From Dehalococcoidia bacterium (GTDB lineage: Bacteria; Chloroflexota; Dehalococcoidia; Lucifugimonadales; UBA3495), in the NCBI GenBank assembly GCA_963664375.1, contig OY761449.1, forward strand, positions 2,026,877 through 2,090,876: a stretch of DNA of 64,000 nt, read 5' to 3'. The position numbers were made by a program, and so were the translations under genes. This document shows positions 19,085-28,455 of the stretch, in pieces. Within the stretch, counting starts at the first letter, position 1. Each line of letters starts with the position of its first letter. The notes beneath the pieces are model-generated. The model did not search any database. It had not been told where the DNA came from and saw nothing but the letters and a program-made list of their open reading frames with translations.

Positions 19085-19554
19085 TCATCACAAACAGTAG
19101 TTGGACTACGGAGAGGGGCGTCAAACTGCTCCGTCATCCTGGGACTCAGGCAAGCCTACGGCCGGATGCAAGGCTTGTGGGAGCGGCTTCCGGCTGAGGC
19201 GCAGCGGGAAGCTGACGCTGTTGGGCAGGTTGAGTGGGAAGTCCATTACGCGGCCGTCCCCGTATCAAGCCCCGGTAAGTCTGCGGCGGCAAAGGCTACG
19301 GCAGCCGCAGGATTCGGGCCTGGCTCAGAGGACGGGGAATTCGCCACGCCATCCCGCGGAAAGACTATGAACGGCGCATTGCTCCTTTCAACCGGGCCCT
19401 GTACCGGCAACGCAATCTGGTGGAGCGGGCCATTAACCGGCTGAAGCAATTCCGCCGAATCGCCACCCGGTATGAGAAGAGAGCCGAAAACCACCTGGCA
19501 ATGCTGCAAATCGGGGCACTGCTACTCTGGTTACAGTTTGCAAACACCCCCTAG
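19085..19554 (+). pseudogene. degraded IS5-family (IS427-like) transposase
   Basis: Three-frame reading gives GLRRGAS...RMQGLWERL...VEWEVHY, then (after a stop and frame change at 19276) GGKGYGSRRIRAWLRGRGIRHAIPRKDYERRIAPFNRALYRQRNLVERAINRLKQFRRIATRYEKRAENHLAMLQIGALLLWL. The DDE core is largely deleted and the N-terminus is missing. Confidence 0.75.
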
Positions 19555-19885
19555 AATAAACGGCGCAAAGCCTTTCATCGCATACCTCTGATGCTTGATT
19601 GAGCCCGGTAGTCATCACCACCGTCGGCTGCGAGACGCTGACGCGCCTCGGCCAAGGCCTGGTGGTGAACTCAGCGCCGGAGCTGAATCGTGGCAGACCG
19701 TTCCCCCTCCTCTCGTTGGGCTATAAGGGGAACCCAAACCCCCGGGCGCCTGCTGTGTGGTACCTTGACCAAGATAAGCACCATTACGGGGATGGTTGAA
19801 CGACTGGACGTCTGTGCCACAAGTTGGCCGCAGTATGATTTCGCCGCTTAGGGAAAGGCTCCATTATGGAGTATAATCGCACCGT

Positions 19886-20407
19886 ATGATCGAATTCTGG
19901 TCAAGCACCTGGGGCGACGTAGCCACAGTAGTCGGAATTGTCGTGGCATTGGGAGGATTTGCTTGGGCCATCCGGGAGGCCCGTCGCGCCAGGTCTGCTT
20001 CGGAAGCAGCGGAAGTGGCGGCGAGCGACACCAGTGCCCAAATTGCGCGGTACTTGCAGACCGTGGATTTGCAACGCGCCATTGGGCTGATTCAGCGCAT
20101 CAAGACCCTGCATGACAACGACCGTTGGGAGGCGTCCAGGGAGCTTTACCAATCGTTGAGAGAGATGTTATCAGACATCATAGCCCGATGTCCGCAAGGA
20201 CAGGCCAGCGTCCGCGAGAAATTGACGGCTGCCAGAACGACCGTAAGCAAAACGGAAGAGTCGGTTCGCAGGCGCGTTAGCAGCGCTCAGGCTGTCCCCG
20301 TTAGCGTTCGTTCCCAATTTAATAAAAGGCTGAATGGTATCCAGAGCGACTTGGAAGAATTGGCAAGCAGCGTTGGGTTTGGCGATTCACAGGGAGAGAC
20401 GAGATGA
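19886..20407 (+). CDS. hypothetical membrane-anchored helical protein (173 aa)
   Basis: N-terminal TM segment (VATVVGIVVALGGFAWAI), with the rest predicted helical. G+C is visibly lower than in neighbours. The stop overlaps the next start (ATGA). Confidence 0.6.
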   Translation: MIEFWSSTWGDVATVVGIVVALGGFAWAIREARRARSASEAAEVAASDTSAQIARYLQTVDLQRAIGLIQRIKTLHDNDRWEASRELYQSLREMLSDIIARCPQGQASVREKLTAARTTVSKTEESVRRRVSSAQAVPVSVRSQFNKRLNGIQSDLEELASSVGFGDSQGETR

Positions 20408-20721
20408 TTGAGCTGGGTCAGATCTTGTCAGGAATGGTTCAACGAACAGCGGAGGGAAAATTGAAATGGGCCAAGTCCGATGAGGACGGTCGGTTCATCG
20501 TAGCTGTCGATGCAATCTCAGTTACGATTGCGGAGGATGGGGATTTTTTTTACCGTCTCGACATACTCGACGAGTCAGGAGAGACTGTTGAGTCCTTCGG
20601 GTACAAGGATACGACTGACGAGCAGGACAATGAAATGGCGCGTCTTTACATGTTGGCTCGCCGTTCAGCCCACGACGTTGACTCGATTTTGGAAAAACTG
20701 GCCAAAGGTCTTGAGTTATAG
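20404..20721 (+). CDS. hypothetical small acidic protein (105 aa)
   Basis: Translationally coupled to 19886-20407; no family recognised. Confidence 0.6.
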   Translation: MIELGQILSGMVQRTAEGKLKWAKSDEDGRFIVAVDAISVTIAEDGDFFYRLDILDESGETVESFGYKDTTDEQDNEMARLYMLARRSAHDVDSILEKLAKGLEL

Positions 20722-21000
20722 CCGATATTGTCGACGTACCAGTGGCAGAACGGTTCGCAGTTTGATATAGCCCCCAACCACCTCAATGCAGCACGCAGGC
20801 GCAGGAGGTAGCCGCGATTTTCCCCGCAGTTCGGCGTTTACCAAATGGGGCCACCTTGTGACAAAGGATTTTAGGGATCCCACGATAAATTCTCACTCCA
20901 AGTCTACCGCCCTGTTCAGCACAGGTAGCCTGTCGTCGAACGCCGATACGAAGTTTTGTGACTGAACCGGGCCCTTGGCAGGCGCTTTTCAGTTGACAGG

Positions 21001-21831
21001 CTACTGCTTGTGGGCCACTATCAGCACTTGCACGCGGACCTCTTCGCCTAGGTAGGTTACTGGGCCGAAGACGGGTTTGGGCAGGCCGAGCTGCTCCCAG
21101 GTGAACGTTGTCTTGCCCAGCACGTTGACCGCCTCGGGGTCGAGCCTGGCGACGACTTCGAAGGTTAAGGGCGTTGCGGTGTCTCCTATCTGCAACGATC
21201 CCTCCAGCGTGCCCTCGGTGTCCTCGCCGTCCAGGAAACTCTGCGGCAGGTCGGGCAGTTGATCGAACGTGACCATCGCTATTGGCGTGTCGGGGAACAT
21301 GCGCTGCCTGATGTAGCGGTCCCGGTAGCTTTGGTCGCTCCCCAGCGAGTGCAAGTCCAATACGATTACCGACGGACTGCCGTCCAGATTCGCGTACCCG
21401 CTCAGTCCGGTGCCGGAGATGACTGCCTCAAAGCGCACCGGGGCAAAGTTGGTCTCTTCATCTACGGTGAAGGTGATCTGCGACCCCTCGCCGACCAGGA
21501 ACGAACCTGGCCCCGCTCCGGCGTCATCAGGGGCATCGGTTGGCACGGGCGTTGGCGTGTCCTGCGGAACGGGCGTGTCGGCCGGGGCCTCTGTTGGATC
21601 GGGGGACTCTGCTGTCTCAGTTGGCGTAGCCATGGCGGTGGGCGCTGGCTCCGTGGGCGTTTGAGTTGCCGGGGCGGCGTCGCTCGTCGTGGGCGCTGGC
21701 TCTGCGGCAGCCTCGGCTTGGGCGGCCTGGGTTGGGGTAGCGGCAGTCGTGGGTTCAGCGTCGCCGCCACAAGCTATGGACGCAAGGGCGAGGATTGGCA
21801 ACAGTAACAGGGCGAAGGCGATTGCTCTCAT
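21001..21831 (-). CDS. YceI-like lipoprotein with a long Pro/Thr/Ala-rich linker
   Basis: Signal peptide plus lipobox (LALASIAC), a ~90-aa PT-rich low-complexity linker, and a C-terminal YceI-like beta-barrel domain. Confidence 0.8.
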   Translation of the reverse strand: MRAIAFALLLLPILALASIACGGDAEPTTAATPTQAAQAEAAAEPAPTTSDAAPATQTPTEPAPTAMATPTETAESPDPTEAPADTPVPQDTPTPVPTDAPDDAGAGPGSFLVGEGSQITFTVDEETNFAPVRFEAVISGTGLSGYANLDGSPSVIVLDLHSLGSDQSYRDRYIRQRMFPDTPIAMVTFDQLPDLPQSFLDGEDTEGTLEGSLQIGDTATPLTFEVVARLDPEAVNVLGKTTFTWEQLGLPKPVFGPVTYLGEEVRVQVLIVAHKQ

Positions 21832-21838
21832 TTCGCGT

Positions 21839-23086
21839 CTACTCCCCCGCGTCAACGAGCTTGCGCAGCTCGATGAGGGCCTGGTTGGATATGCGGCGCT
21901 TTATGGTGATGCGGCGCGGCGGTACGCGCAGCTCCAGTTCCCTGATGACCTGCGGGCCGGAGCCGGTGGCGCGGGCGATGGCGACGAAGGCCAGGCCCAT
22001 GGGACGCCCGTCCAGTTCCGCCGGGCCGGGCGCGCCGGTGATGCCGATGCCGTAGTCCGCGCCCATCTGGAGCAGCGCGGCGGAGGCCATGGCGTTGGCC
22101 GCCTCCTGGCTGACCGGGCCGTGGTTGTCCATCAGTACCGGCGGCACTCCCGAAGCTGCCATGGACTCCGCGCCGAAGGCCACGACGCCGCCCCGGAAGT
22201 GTTTCTGGGCCTCGTTGGCCTCGGTGATGGCGTTGGTTAGGAAGCCGCCGGTGCAGTACTCCATCACCGCCAGGGTCTTGCCCCGCGACTGAAGCGCCTG
22301 CGCCACGGCCTGCTCCGGCGTTTCGTCGTCGTAGCCCCAGATGTACTCGCCGAGGCGCTCCTTGACCGCCAGTTCCACCGGCTCGATCATCCGGCGGGCG
22401 GTAGGCTCGTCCGCGGCCCGGGCGATGACGCGCAGGTGGATGCCGTCGGCCTTGGAGTATATGCCCAGGTAGGGGTTCTCCTGGCCAAAGTACTCCGACA
22501 TGATTTCGTCCACCGACGCTTCGCCCAGGCCCATGGTCTTGACGTTGCGGGTGATGGTGACCTCTTCGGTGACCAGCTCCTTGAGGCGAGGCTCCACCTG
22601 CTCCCGGAAGATGGCCTGCATCTCCACCGGCGGGCCGGGCATGATGACGATGCGCTTGCCGTCGCGCTCGGCCCACCAGCCCGGGGCCGTGCCGTTGCGG
22701 TTGGGGATGAACTGCGCCGACGGGATGAGCCAGGCCTGCTTGACGTTGTGCGAAGGCATGTCCTGCCCGCGGCTGCGGAAATACTGGCGCAACTCCTCGA
22801 CCATGCTTTCCTGCACCGCCGGGGTTTCGCCCAGGGCCGCCGCCACCGCCTCGCGGGTCAGGTCGTCCTGGGTGGGGCCGAGGCCGCCCGTCGTAAAGAC
22901 GATGTCGGAGCGCTCCAGGCCCTGCCGGAAGGCGTGGGTGAGCTGCTCCATGTCGTCGCCCACCAGGGTTACCCATTGCAGCGTGATACCCAACGGCGGC
23001 AGACGGGTGGCGATCCAGCCCGCGTTGGTGTCGTTCAGCTCGCCCATCAGCAGCTCGGTGCCGATACCCATGATTTCAGCTTTCAT
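21839..23086 (-). CDS. cinA: CinA family protein (MoCF-like domain + nicotinamide-nucleotide amidohydrolase PncC domain)
   Basis: MKAEIMGIGTELLMGELNDTN..., TTGGLGPTQDDLT, and a C-terminal CinA domain (ESCTGG-like EYCTGG). Confidence 0.9.
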   Translation of the reverse strand: MKAEIMGIGTELLMGELNDTNAGWIATRLPPLGITLQWVTLVGDDMEQLTHAFRQGLERSDIVFTTGGLGPTQDDLTREAVAAALGETPAVQESMVEELRQYFRSRGQDMPSHNVKQAWLIPSAQFIPNRNGTAPGWWAERDGKRIVIMPGPPVEMQAIFREQVEPRLKELVTEEVTITRNVKTMGLGEASVDEIMSEYFGQENPYLGIYSKADGIHLRVIARAADEPTARRMIEPVELAVKERLGEYIWGYDDETPEQAVAQALQSRGKTLAVMEYCTGGFLTNAITEANEAQKHFRGGVVAFGAESMAASGVPPVLMDNHGPVSQEAANAMASAALLQMGADYGIGITGAPGPAELDGRPMGLAFVAIARATGSGPQVIRELELRVPPRRITIKRRISNQALIELRKLVDAGE

Positions 23087-23217
23087 TGCGTTCCTCCGGT
23101 GCGTGGGATTTCAACGCTGAGGGCGCAGAGACTCCCGCAGAGGCCGCAAAGAACATGACCGGCGGCATAATTCTCTGCGTTCCCCGCGTAGACTCTGCGC
23201 CCTCGGCTTTGGATATT

Positions 23218-24201
23218 CTAGCGGGATATGAGGGGGGCGGACGCCAGTTCCGCGATTCCCTGGAGCCTGTCCTTCTTGATGGAGTAGAGCGTTTCGTCGA
23301 CGCTGTCGACAGTCCTGGCGTAGTAGCTGTCATCGCCGGGAGGGCCTTCGGCGAGGTGGAACTCCAGCGTTGCCTGCCCGCGGCGGGCGATGACAACGCG
23401 AACGTCGGGGGTAGCAAAGCCGTACTCCGCCAGCCGTTCGGTATCCCGGTCCGGCAGCCGCTGGTCCACGATGGCGTCCACCCGCGGCGAGGTCAGAACG
23501 TCCAGCCATATCGCCCATTCGTCGGACACCGGCGCCGACTGCTCTTCGTCCACCGGGGGCGGCCCTTGATGTACCAGCCACCCTTGGTTGCCCAGGTAAT
23601 ACACGGCGGTTTGGTCGTTGGCGCTCACCTCTACGACGGTGACCTGCGCGATTTCCACCTTGTAGAGCCGTCCGTAGGGCGGGTCATAGGCTAGGCGGTT
23701 CACCACGTCGGCCCAAACCGCAGGCACGGTGTAAAGCGCCTGGTCGCCCACCAGTCGCACGTACTGGTTCTTGCCGTCCGGAGTGGGGTTGCCCATGTGG
23801 AACTCAAAGGAATTTCCGGCGATGTCGGTGATCCTGACGGCGCTTTCCGGCGGGTCGAGGCCGTACTGCGCCGGGTCGCCGATGGTCTGCTTGAGGCCCC
23901 GGTTGACCCGCGGGCCGCTGAGCAGCAGCGTGGTGCCAGCCCAGCGTTCCTGGAACACCGGGTAGCTGGGATCGCCGACGATATTCCATTTGTAGCCGCC
24001 CGTCTCCCGGGCGAACTCGACGGTCTCGTCCTGGTACCTCACCTCGATGTGGGCGATGTCCGTCTCATCAATCTTGAACAGCCACGGCTCATCCTGGGTC
24101 GGCTCTTCCCGGGAGACCAGATCGGTGAACTCGATAATGGCCCAGGTCGACGCGATCATCGCCGCAAGGACGGCCAGCAGTATTGTCAGGCGAACGTTCA
24201 T
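23218..24201 (-). CDS. DUF4340 domain protein (ABC-2/GldG operon accessory)
   Basis: N-terminal TM anchor. Position downstream of GldG-like, ABC-2 permease and ATPase genes is the usual DUF4340 context. Confidence 0.65.
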   Translation of the reverse strand: MNVRLTILLAVLAAMIASTWAIIEFTDLVSREEPTQDEPWLFKIDETDIAHIEVRYQDETVEFARETGGYKWNIVGDPSYPVFQERWAGTTLLLSGPRVNRGLKQTIGDPAQYGLDPPESAVRITDIAGNSFEFHMGNPTPDGKNQYVRLVGDQALYTVPAVWADVVNRLAYDPPYGRLYKVEIAQVTVVEVSANDQTAVYYLGNQGWLVHQGPPPVDEEQSAPVSDEWAIWLDVLTSPRVDAIVDQRLPDRDTERLAEYGFATPDVRVVIARRGQATLEFHLAEGPPGDDSYYARTVDSVDETLYSIKKDRLQGIAELASAPLISR

Positions 24202-24235
24202 GATTCAATGCCGCGCCGGGCCACGGTTCCCCGCG

Positions 24236-26158
24236 CTACCGCCTGAGCCACCAGACCAGGCCCGCAGCCAGGGCCATTATGCCGGGCAGGAACAGCCAGG
24301 ACGAGAATCGCACGAAGTCATACTCGTTGCGGTCAAGATTGAATTCCCGGTACGCAAAGGCCTTGGGCCTGATGGAGACCAGCGAGTAGTCGCCCACCAG
24401 GAAATTGGTGGAATTGACGAACATATCCAGCCCGCCGCCCCGGCCCACGCTGCTGTTGGCCACAAAGTCGGCGTCGCCGTAGGTCAGGATCAGCGAGATG
24501 TCGGAGTCCGCCAGCCCGTCAACCGGGGCCTGCATCCCCACCTTTGACGCCGAGCGCATCAACATTGCCGGAATAAACGGCCCCCGGCGGTCGGGCGTGT
24601 CTCCCCCCAAGATCGGGTCGGTGCGGTCGGGGTCTTCGATCAGGTAGCTGTTCGCCGAAGTGAAGCCCATGGCCAGGGGCAGCCGCGCCCCGTCGTCCAC
24701 TGGCGCAAGCGCGGTGGCGTCGGGCATGAACACGTTCTGGAGCTGCTGCCCTTCCGGGGCTACGATTTCCAGGGCCGCCTCAAAGGCGCTGTTTATGACC
24801 GATTCGTTGTTACCCAGGACTTGAACGTTGAAATTGATCAGGGTGTTGAAGTCCACGTTCAGGGCCAAAGTCTGCGGCAGGCCGGGAACGGATGCCTCCA
24901 GGTCGAGGATGTAGCCGTCGCTGAGGAGCACCCCCCATTGCACCATAAACTCGCGCCATGTATCAGGGGTATCCGGTTCGGCAAGGAGAATCATCCGGCC
25001 GCTTTCGCGCCGCCGCTCTCCCGAAAGGTCGCGGCCCAGCAGGTACAGGTCGAGGGCGATGGCGTGGGCCTCGGGCAGGTCCGACGTAGGCCCCGCGACT
25101 ACGACCAGCGCGGCGTCGTCCGGCACGTAGACATCCGTAGATATGGAGGACCAGACCAGCGCCCTGACACGGTAGTTTTCCTGTTCCAGTGCCTGCCGTA
25201 GGAAGCCGTAGCCCTCGCCCGAGCCGCTGTCGATATTGCGCTCGCCGTGTCCGGCCAGGAAGTAAATGGTTTTCTGTTCCTGCCCGGTTACGACGTAAAG
25301 CCCGGTGACCAGGTCCTGTTCCAACTGGCTGAAGGCGGCGTCGGTGGGTTGCAGGGAGTCAAAACTTCCGGTGTCCAGGTTCTCCACCACGACGGTCTCG
25401 CTGACGAACCCGACGGGACGGGCGCCGAAGTAGGCGGCGACTATGCCCGGCTCCAGGTCCGGATCCACGACGCGGTAGGAAAACCGCCCCGACCGGGATT
25501 CGAACTCGTCCAGGGTGTCCACCACCCGGTTGCGCCGGGCCGCTATCTCTGCGCCGGGGGTGTCCTCCAGCGCCTTGTAGAAGGCCGTTACCCGTATGTC
25601 GTGCTGCAAGTCCTCCAGCAGGTCGCGGGTGCGTTCCGACAGGCTGAACTGGTTGGTGGCCGTTACGTCCACCCTCTGGGAATTCTCGAAGGACACCAGG
25701 TTGAGCACAACCACGATGGCGGTGAACGCTACCAGCAGTATGAGGGTGTTTATTCCGTAACGGCCCGTCCTGCTCAGGAAGGCGGCAATGACCGAGCTGA
25801 TGAAAGCCGCTCCCACCAGCCCGATCAGCGCCGCGCCGATGATAATGTCGATGATGCCGTACAGCCGCATCGAGCTGACGAAAGCGGTTACGACGATGCC
25901 GGTGACCAGGCCGATGATTCCGGCGACCAGCAGCGGCGCGCCGAGGAACCCGATGGCGTTAATCGCCGGGTCCAGGAAGCTGACCAGCGGCCGGGAAAGC
26001 TCTTCCTCGGTGCCTTCCGGTTCCCCGTCGCCGGTGTCGGTCCGTTCCGTCTCGGGCTGGTCGCCGGCCGGTTCGGGCGCTGCGGCCCTCCGGCGGCGGC
26101 GCCTGCGCCAGTCGCGGGGGCCCTCGTCTCCGGGGTCTGCTGCGGTGCGCCCGGCCAT
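24236..26158 (-). CDS. GldG-like ABC-type transport auxiliary protein
   Basis: A large periplasmic domain flanked by TM segments, with operon context. It carries an unusual Arg/Glu-rich ~60-aa N-terminal extension. Confidence 0.7.
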   Translation of the reverse strand: MAGRTAADPGDEGPRDWRRRRRRRAAAPEPAGDQPETERTDTGDGEPEGTEEELSRPLVSFLDPAINAIGFLGAPLLVAGIIGLVTGIVVTAFVSSMRLYGIIDIIIGAALIGLVGAAFISSVIAAFLSRTGRYGINTLILLVAFTAIVVVLNLVSFENSQRVDVTATNQFSLSERTRDLLEDLQHDIRVTAFYKALEDTPGAEIAARRNRVVDTLDEFESRSGRFSYRVVDPDLEPGIVAAYFGARPVGFVSETVVVENLDTGSFDSLQPTDAAFSQLEQDLVTGLYVVTGQEQKTIYFLAGHGERNIDSGSGEGYGFLRQALEQENYRVRALVWSSISTDVYVPDDAALVVVAGPTSDLPEAHAIALDLYLLGRDLSGERRRESGRMILLAEPDTPDTWREFMVQWGVLLSDGYILDLEASVPGLPQTLALNVDFNTLINFNVQVLGNNESVINSAFEAALEIVAPEGQQLQNVFMPDATALAPVDDGARLPLAMGFTSANSYLIEDPDRTDPILGGDTPDRRGPFIPAMLMRSASKVGMQAPVDGLADSDISLILTYGDADFVANSSVGRGGGLDMFVNSTNFLVGDYSLVSIRPKAFAYREFNLDRNEYDFVRFSSWLFLPGIMALAAGLVWWLRR

Positions 26159-26159
26159 A

Positions 26160-26897
26160 CTACCGCCACCGCCTTGATTCGAGCGCGCGCACCGAGAGGA
26201 ACAGGAAGAACGCGATGACGCTGACGTAGTAGATGACGTGCCTGGTGTCGATTACCCCGCGGGCAAAGTCGTAGAAATGGGTGGTCATCCCGATCTCCGC
26301 CAGCACGTCCCCGGCGGTGCCGCCCACCGCGGCAAAGGCCTGGTCGGCATAGAACAGCGCCAGGAGAATTCCGATTGCGACCACCGCCGCTACAATCTGG
26401 TTGTTGGTAAAGGTCGATGTCAGCATGCCCACGGCCAGCGCCGCCGCCCCGTAGAGAGCCAGGCCGATGTATCCCGCGTAGATTGGCCCGGGGTCTGGGC
26501 TGGCGTAAACGAACAGCAGGATGACGTAAAAGCCGGACATTACCAGCAAGGCCAGGAAAAAGACGAGGCTGGCGACGTATTTCCCGATGATTATTTCCCA
26601 GTCCCGCACCGGCGAAGTGAGCAGCAGCTCTATCGTGCCCAGCTTCGCCTCCTCCGCGATCAGGCGCATGGTCAGGACGGGCGCGAGCAGCACCAGCACC
26701 AGTATGGCCCCGGTGGTGATGAACCCCGGCGGGCCCAGGAAAAACGTTCTCAGGGACGCCTCGGGAAAGGGATCACCCAAATCCCAGACGAACAGCACGC
26801 CCGTCAGGAACAGGAATATCATTCCAACGATGTATGCCGTGGGACTCAGGAAGAATATCTGGATTTCTTTCCAGGCCACTGCCCGGACGGTTCGCAT
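26160..26897 (-). CDS. ABC-2 type transporter permease
   Basis: Six predicted TM segments. ATG 26897 lies 2 nt after the ATPase stop. Confidence 0.85.
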   Translation of the reverse strand: MRTVRAVAWKEIQIFFLSPTAYIVGMIFLFLTGVLFVWDLGDPFPEASLRTFFLGPPGFITTGAILVLVLLAPVLTMRLIAEEAKLGTIELLLTSPVRDWEIIIGKYVASLVFFLALLVMSGFYVILLFVYASPDPGPIYAGYIGLALYGAAALAVGMLTSTFTNNQIVAAVVAIGILLALFYADQAFAAVGGTAGDVLAEIGMTTHFYDFARGVIDTRHVIYYVSVIAFFLFLSVRALESRRWR

Positions 26898-26899
26898 CG

Positions 26900-27835
26900 T
26901 TACAGGTCCTCCTGAGTCGTGAGGCGGAGGAAGATTTCCTCGAGGGACATTCCCATCATCTGCATCCCCCGCAGGCTCCACCCGTTGCTGATCACTTCCC
27001 GTGAAATATCGTCTCGCAAGTCCCGCCCCTGCTGCGCCTGGATCACGTAGACGTGCCGGCCTTGCAGGTTCCGGTGGCTGACGCTGATGACGCCCTCGAT
27101 TTTCTGCAAGGCGGGAAGCACGTCGGCGGAGGGGCCGCCAACCTCGACCTCCAGCCTTTCCACCCCCTGCAAGCCCTGGGCCAGGTTCTGGGGCGTATCC
27201 TCGGCCACTATGCGGCCCTCGTGGATGATAAGCACCCGCTCGCAGATCATGCTCACTTCCGGCAGGATATGGCTGCTGAGAACCACGGTCTGCTCGCGGC
27301 CCAGATCCTGGATCAAACTCCGCGTCTCCACCACCTGGATCGGGTCGATTCCGATGGTCGGCTCGTCCAGCACCAGCACCTCGGGCTCGTGAATGATGGC
27401 CTGCGCGATTCCGACGCGCTGCCGGAAGCCCTTGGAGAGCTTGCCGATCTGCGTCTTGCGATAGTCGCCCAGGCGGCAGACGTCGATGACGTCGCCGATG
27501 CGGGCGCGTATCCGCGAGCCCGGCATGCCCCGCAGCGTCCCCATGTATTTCAGATAGTTGGTCACGGTCATGTCAGTGTACAGAGGCACCGTTTCGGGCA
27601 GATAGCCGACCCGCTTGCGCACTTCCAGCGATTTTTCCACCACGTCGTACCCGTCGAGCGTCACCGACCCGCTGGAGGGCGGCAGGAACCCGGTGAGGAT
27701 GCGCATGGTGGTGGTCTTCCCGGCGCCGTTCGGCCCGAGAAACCCCAGCACCTCGCCCTTTCTTACGTCGAAGTTGACGTCCTGGATTGCCGGGTAAGGG
27801 CCATAGTAGTGTGTGACGTTTGTAGCCTCGATCAT
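26900..27835 (-). CDS. ABC transporter ATP-binding protein
   Basis: Walker A GPNGAGKTT, signature LSKGFRQR, Walker B LVLDEPT. Confidence 0.92.
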   Translation of the reverse strand: MIEATNVTHYYGPYPAIQDVNFDVRKGEVLGFLGPNGAGKTTTMRILTGFLPPSSGSVTLDGYDVVEKSLEVRKRVGYLPETVPLYTDMTVTNYLKYMGTLRGMPGSRIRARIGDVIDVCRLGDYRKTQIGKLSKGFRQRVGIAQAIIHEPEVLVLDEPTIGIDPIQVVETRSLIQDLGREQTVVLSSHILPEVSMICERVLIIHEGRIVAEDTPQNLAQGLQGVERLEVEVGGPSADVLPALQKIEGVISVSHRNLQGRHVYVIQAQQGRDLRDDISREVISNGWSLRGMQMMGMSLEEIFLRLTTQEDL

Positions 27836-28011
27836 GGAAGACTGCACGGTATACCTGTCCGGGTCTGCCGTTTGCGCCAGCCGCGGCAAAAGCGGACGGC
27901 GCGATTGGCGAAGTTTGTGTTGGAATCCGACAAATGATATTCTATGTACTTGCGTTTGCCAACCATACCAATCTGATGGCGGCTTCTTTCAAGACCGTTC
28001 CTGGAGGTGAG

Positions 28012-28455
28012 ATGCACCTGGTAATTGACGGATTTGGCGGGAATACGAGCAAGATGTGGGACGAAGAACTGGTCCGCCAATTCTTGACCGATTACCCGGA
28101 CACTCTGGAGATGACCCGCATCACCGATCCCCGTGTCCTGGTATACGACGCGCCCAAGGCGGAGGATTCAGGCGTCTCGGGCTTTGTTATCATCGCAGAG
28201 AGCCACATCAGCATCCACACCTTCCCGCGCAAGAACTACGTCAACATCGACATCTTTTCCTGCCGGGCATTCGACCACGACCGGGCCCTTGAGGACGCCA
28301 AAAAGCTGTTTGAACTCGACGACGTTCAGACGTGGCTGCTAGACAGAGGGCTGGAATGGCTGGACGAACGCCAGGGAATGGCCGAGTCGCAGGCGCAGCG
28401 CACCGCTCTCGAAGGCGACCTGGAAGCGGGCCGCCCCGGTCTGAGGCGTGGCTAA
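28012..28455 (+). CDS. speH: S-adenosylmethionine decarboxylase proenzyme (pyruvoyl, SpeH-like)
   Basis: FVIIAESHISIHTFP self-cleavage (E-S) motif. ATG 28012 follows ggaggtga. Confidence 0.8.
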   Translation: MHLVIDGFGGNTSKMWDEELVRQFLTDYPDTLEMTRITDPRVLVYDAPKAEDSGVSGFVIIAESHISIHTFPRKNYVNIDIFSCRAFDHDRALEDAKKLFELDDVQTWLLDRGLEWLDERQGMAESQAQRTALEGDLEAGRPGLRRG

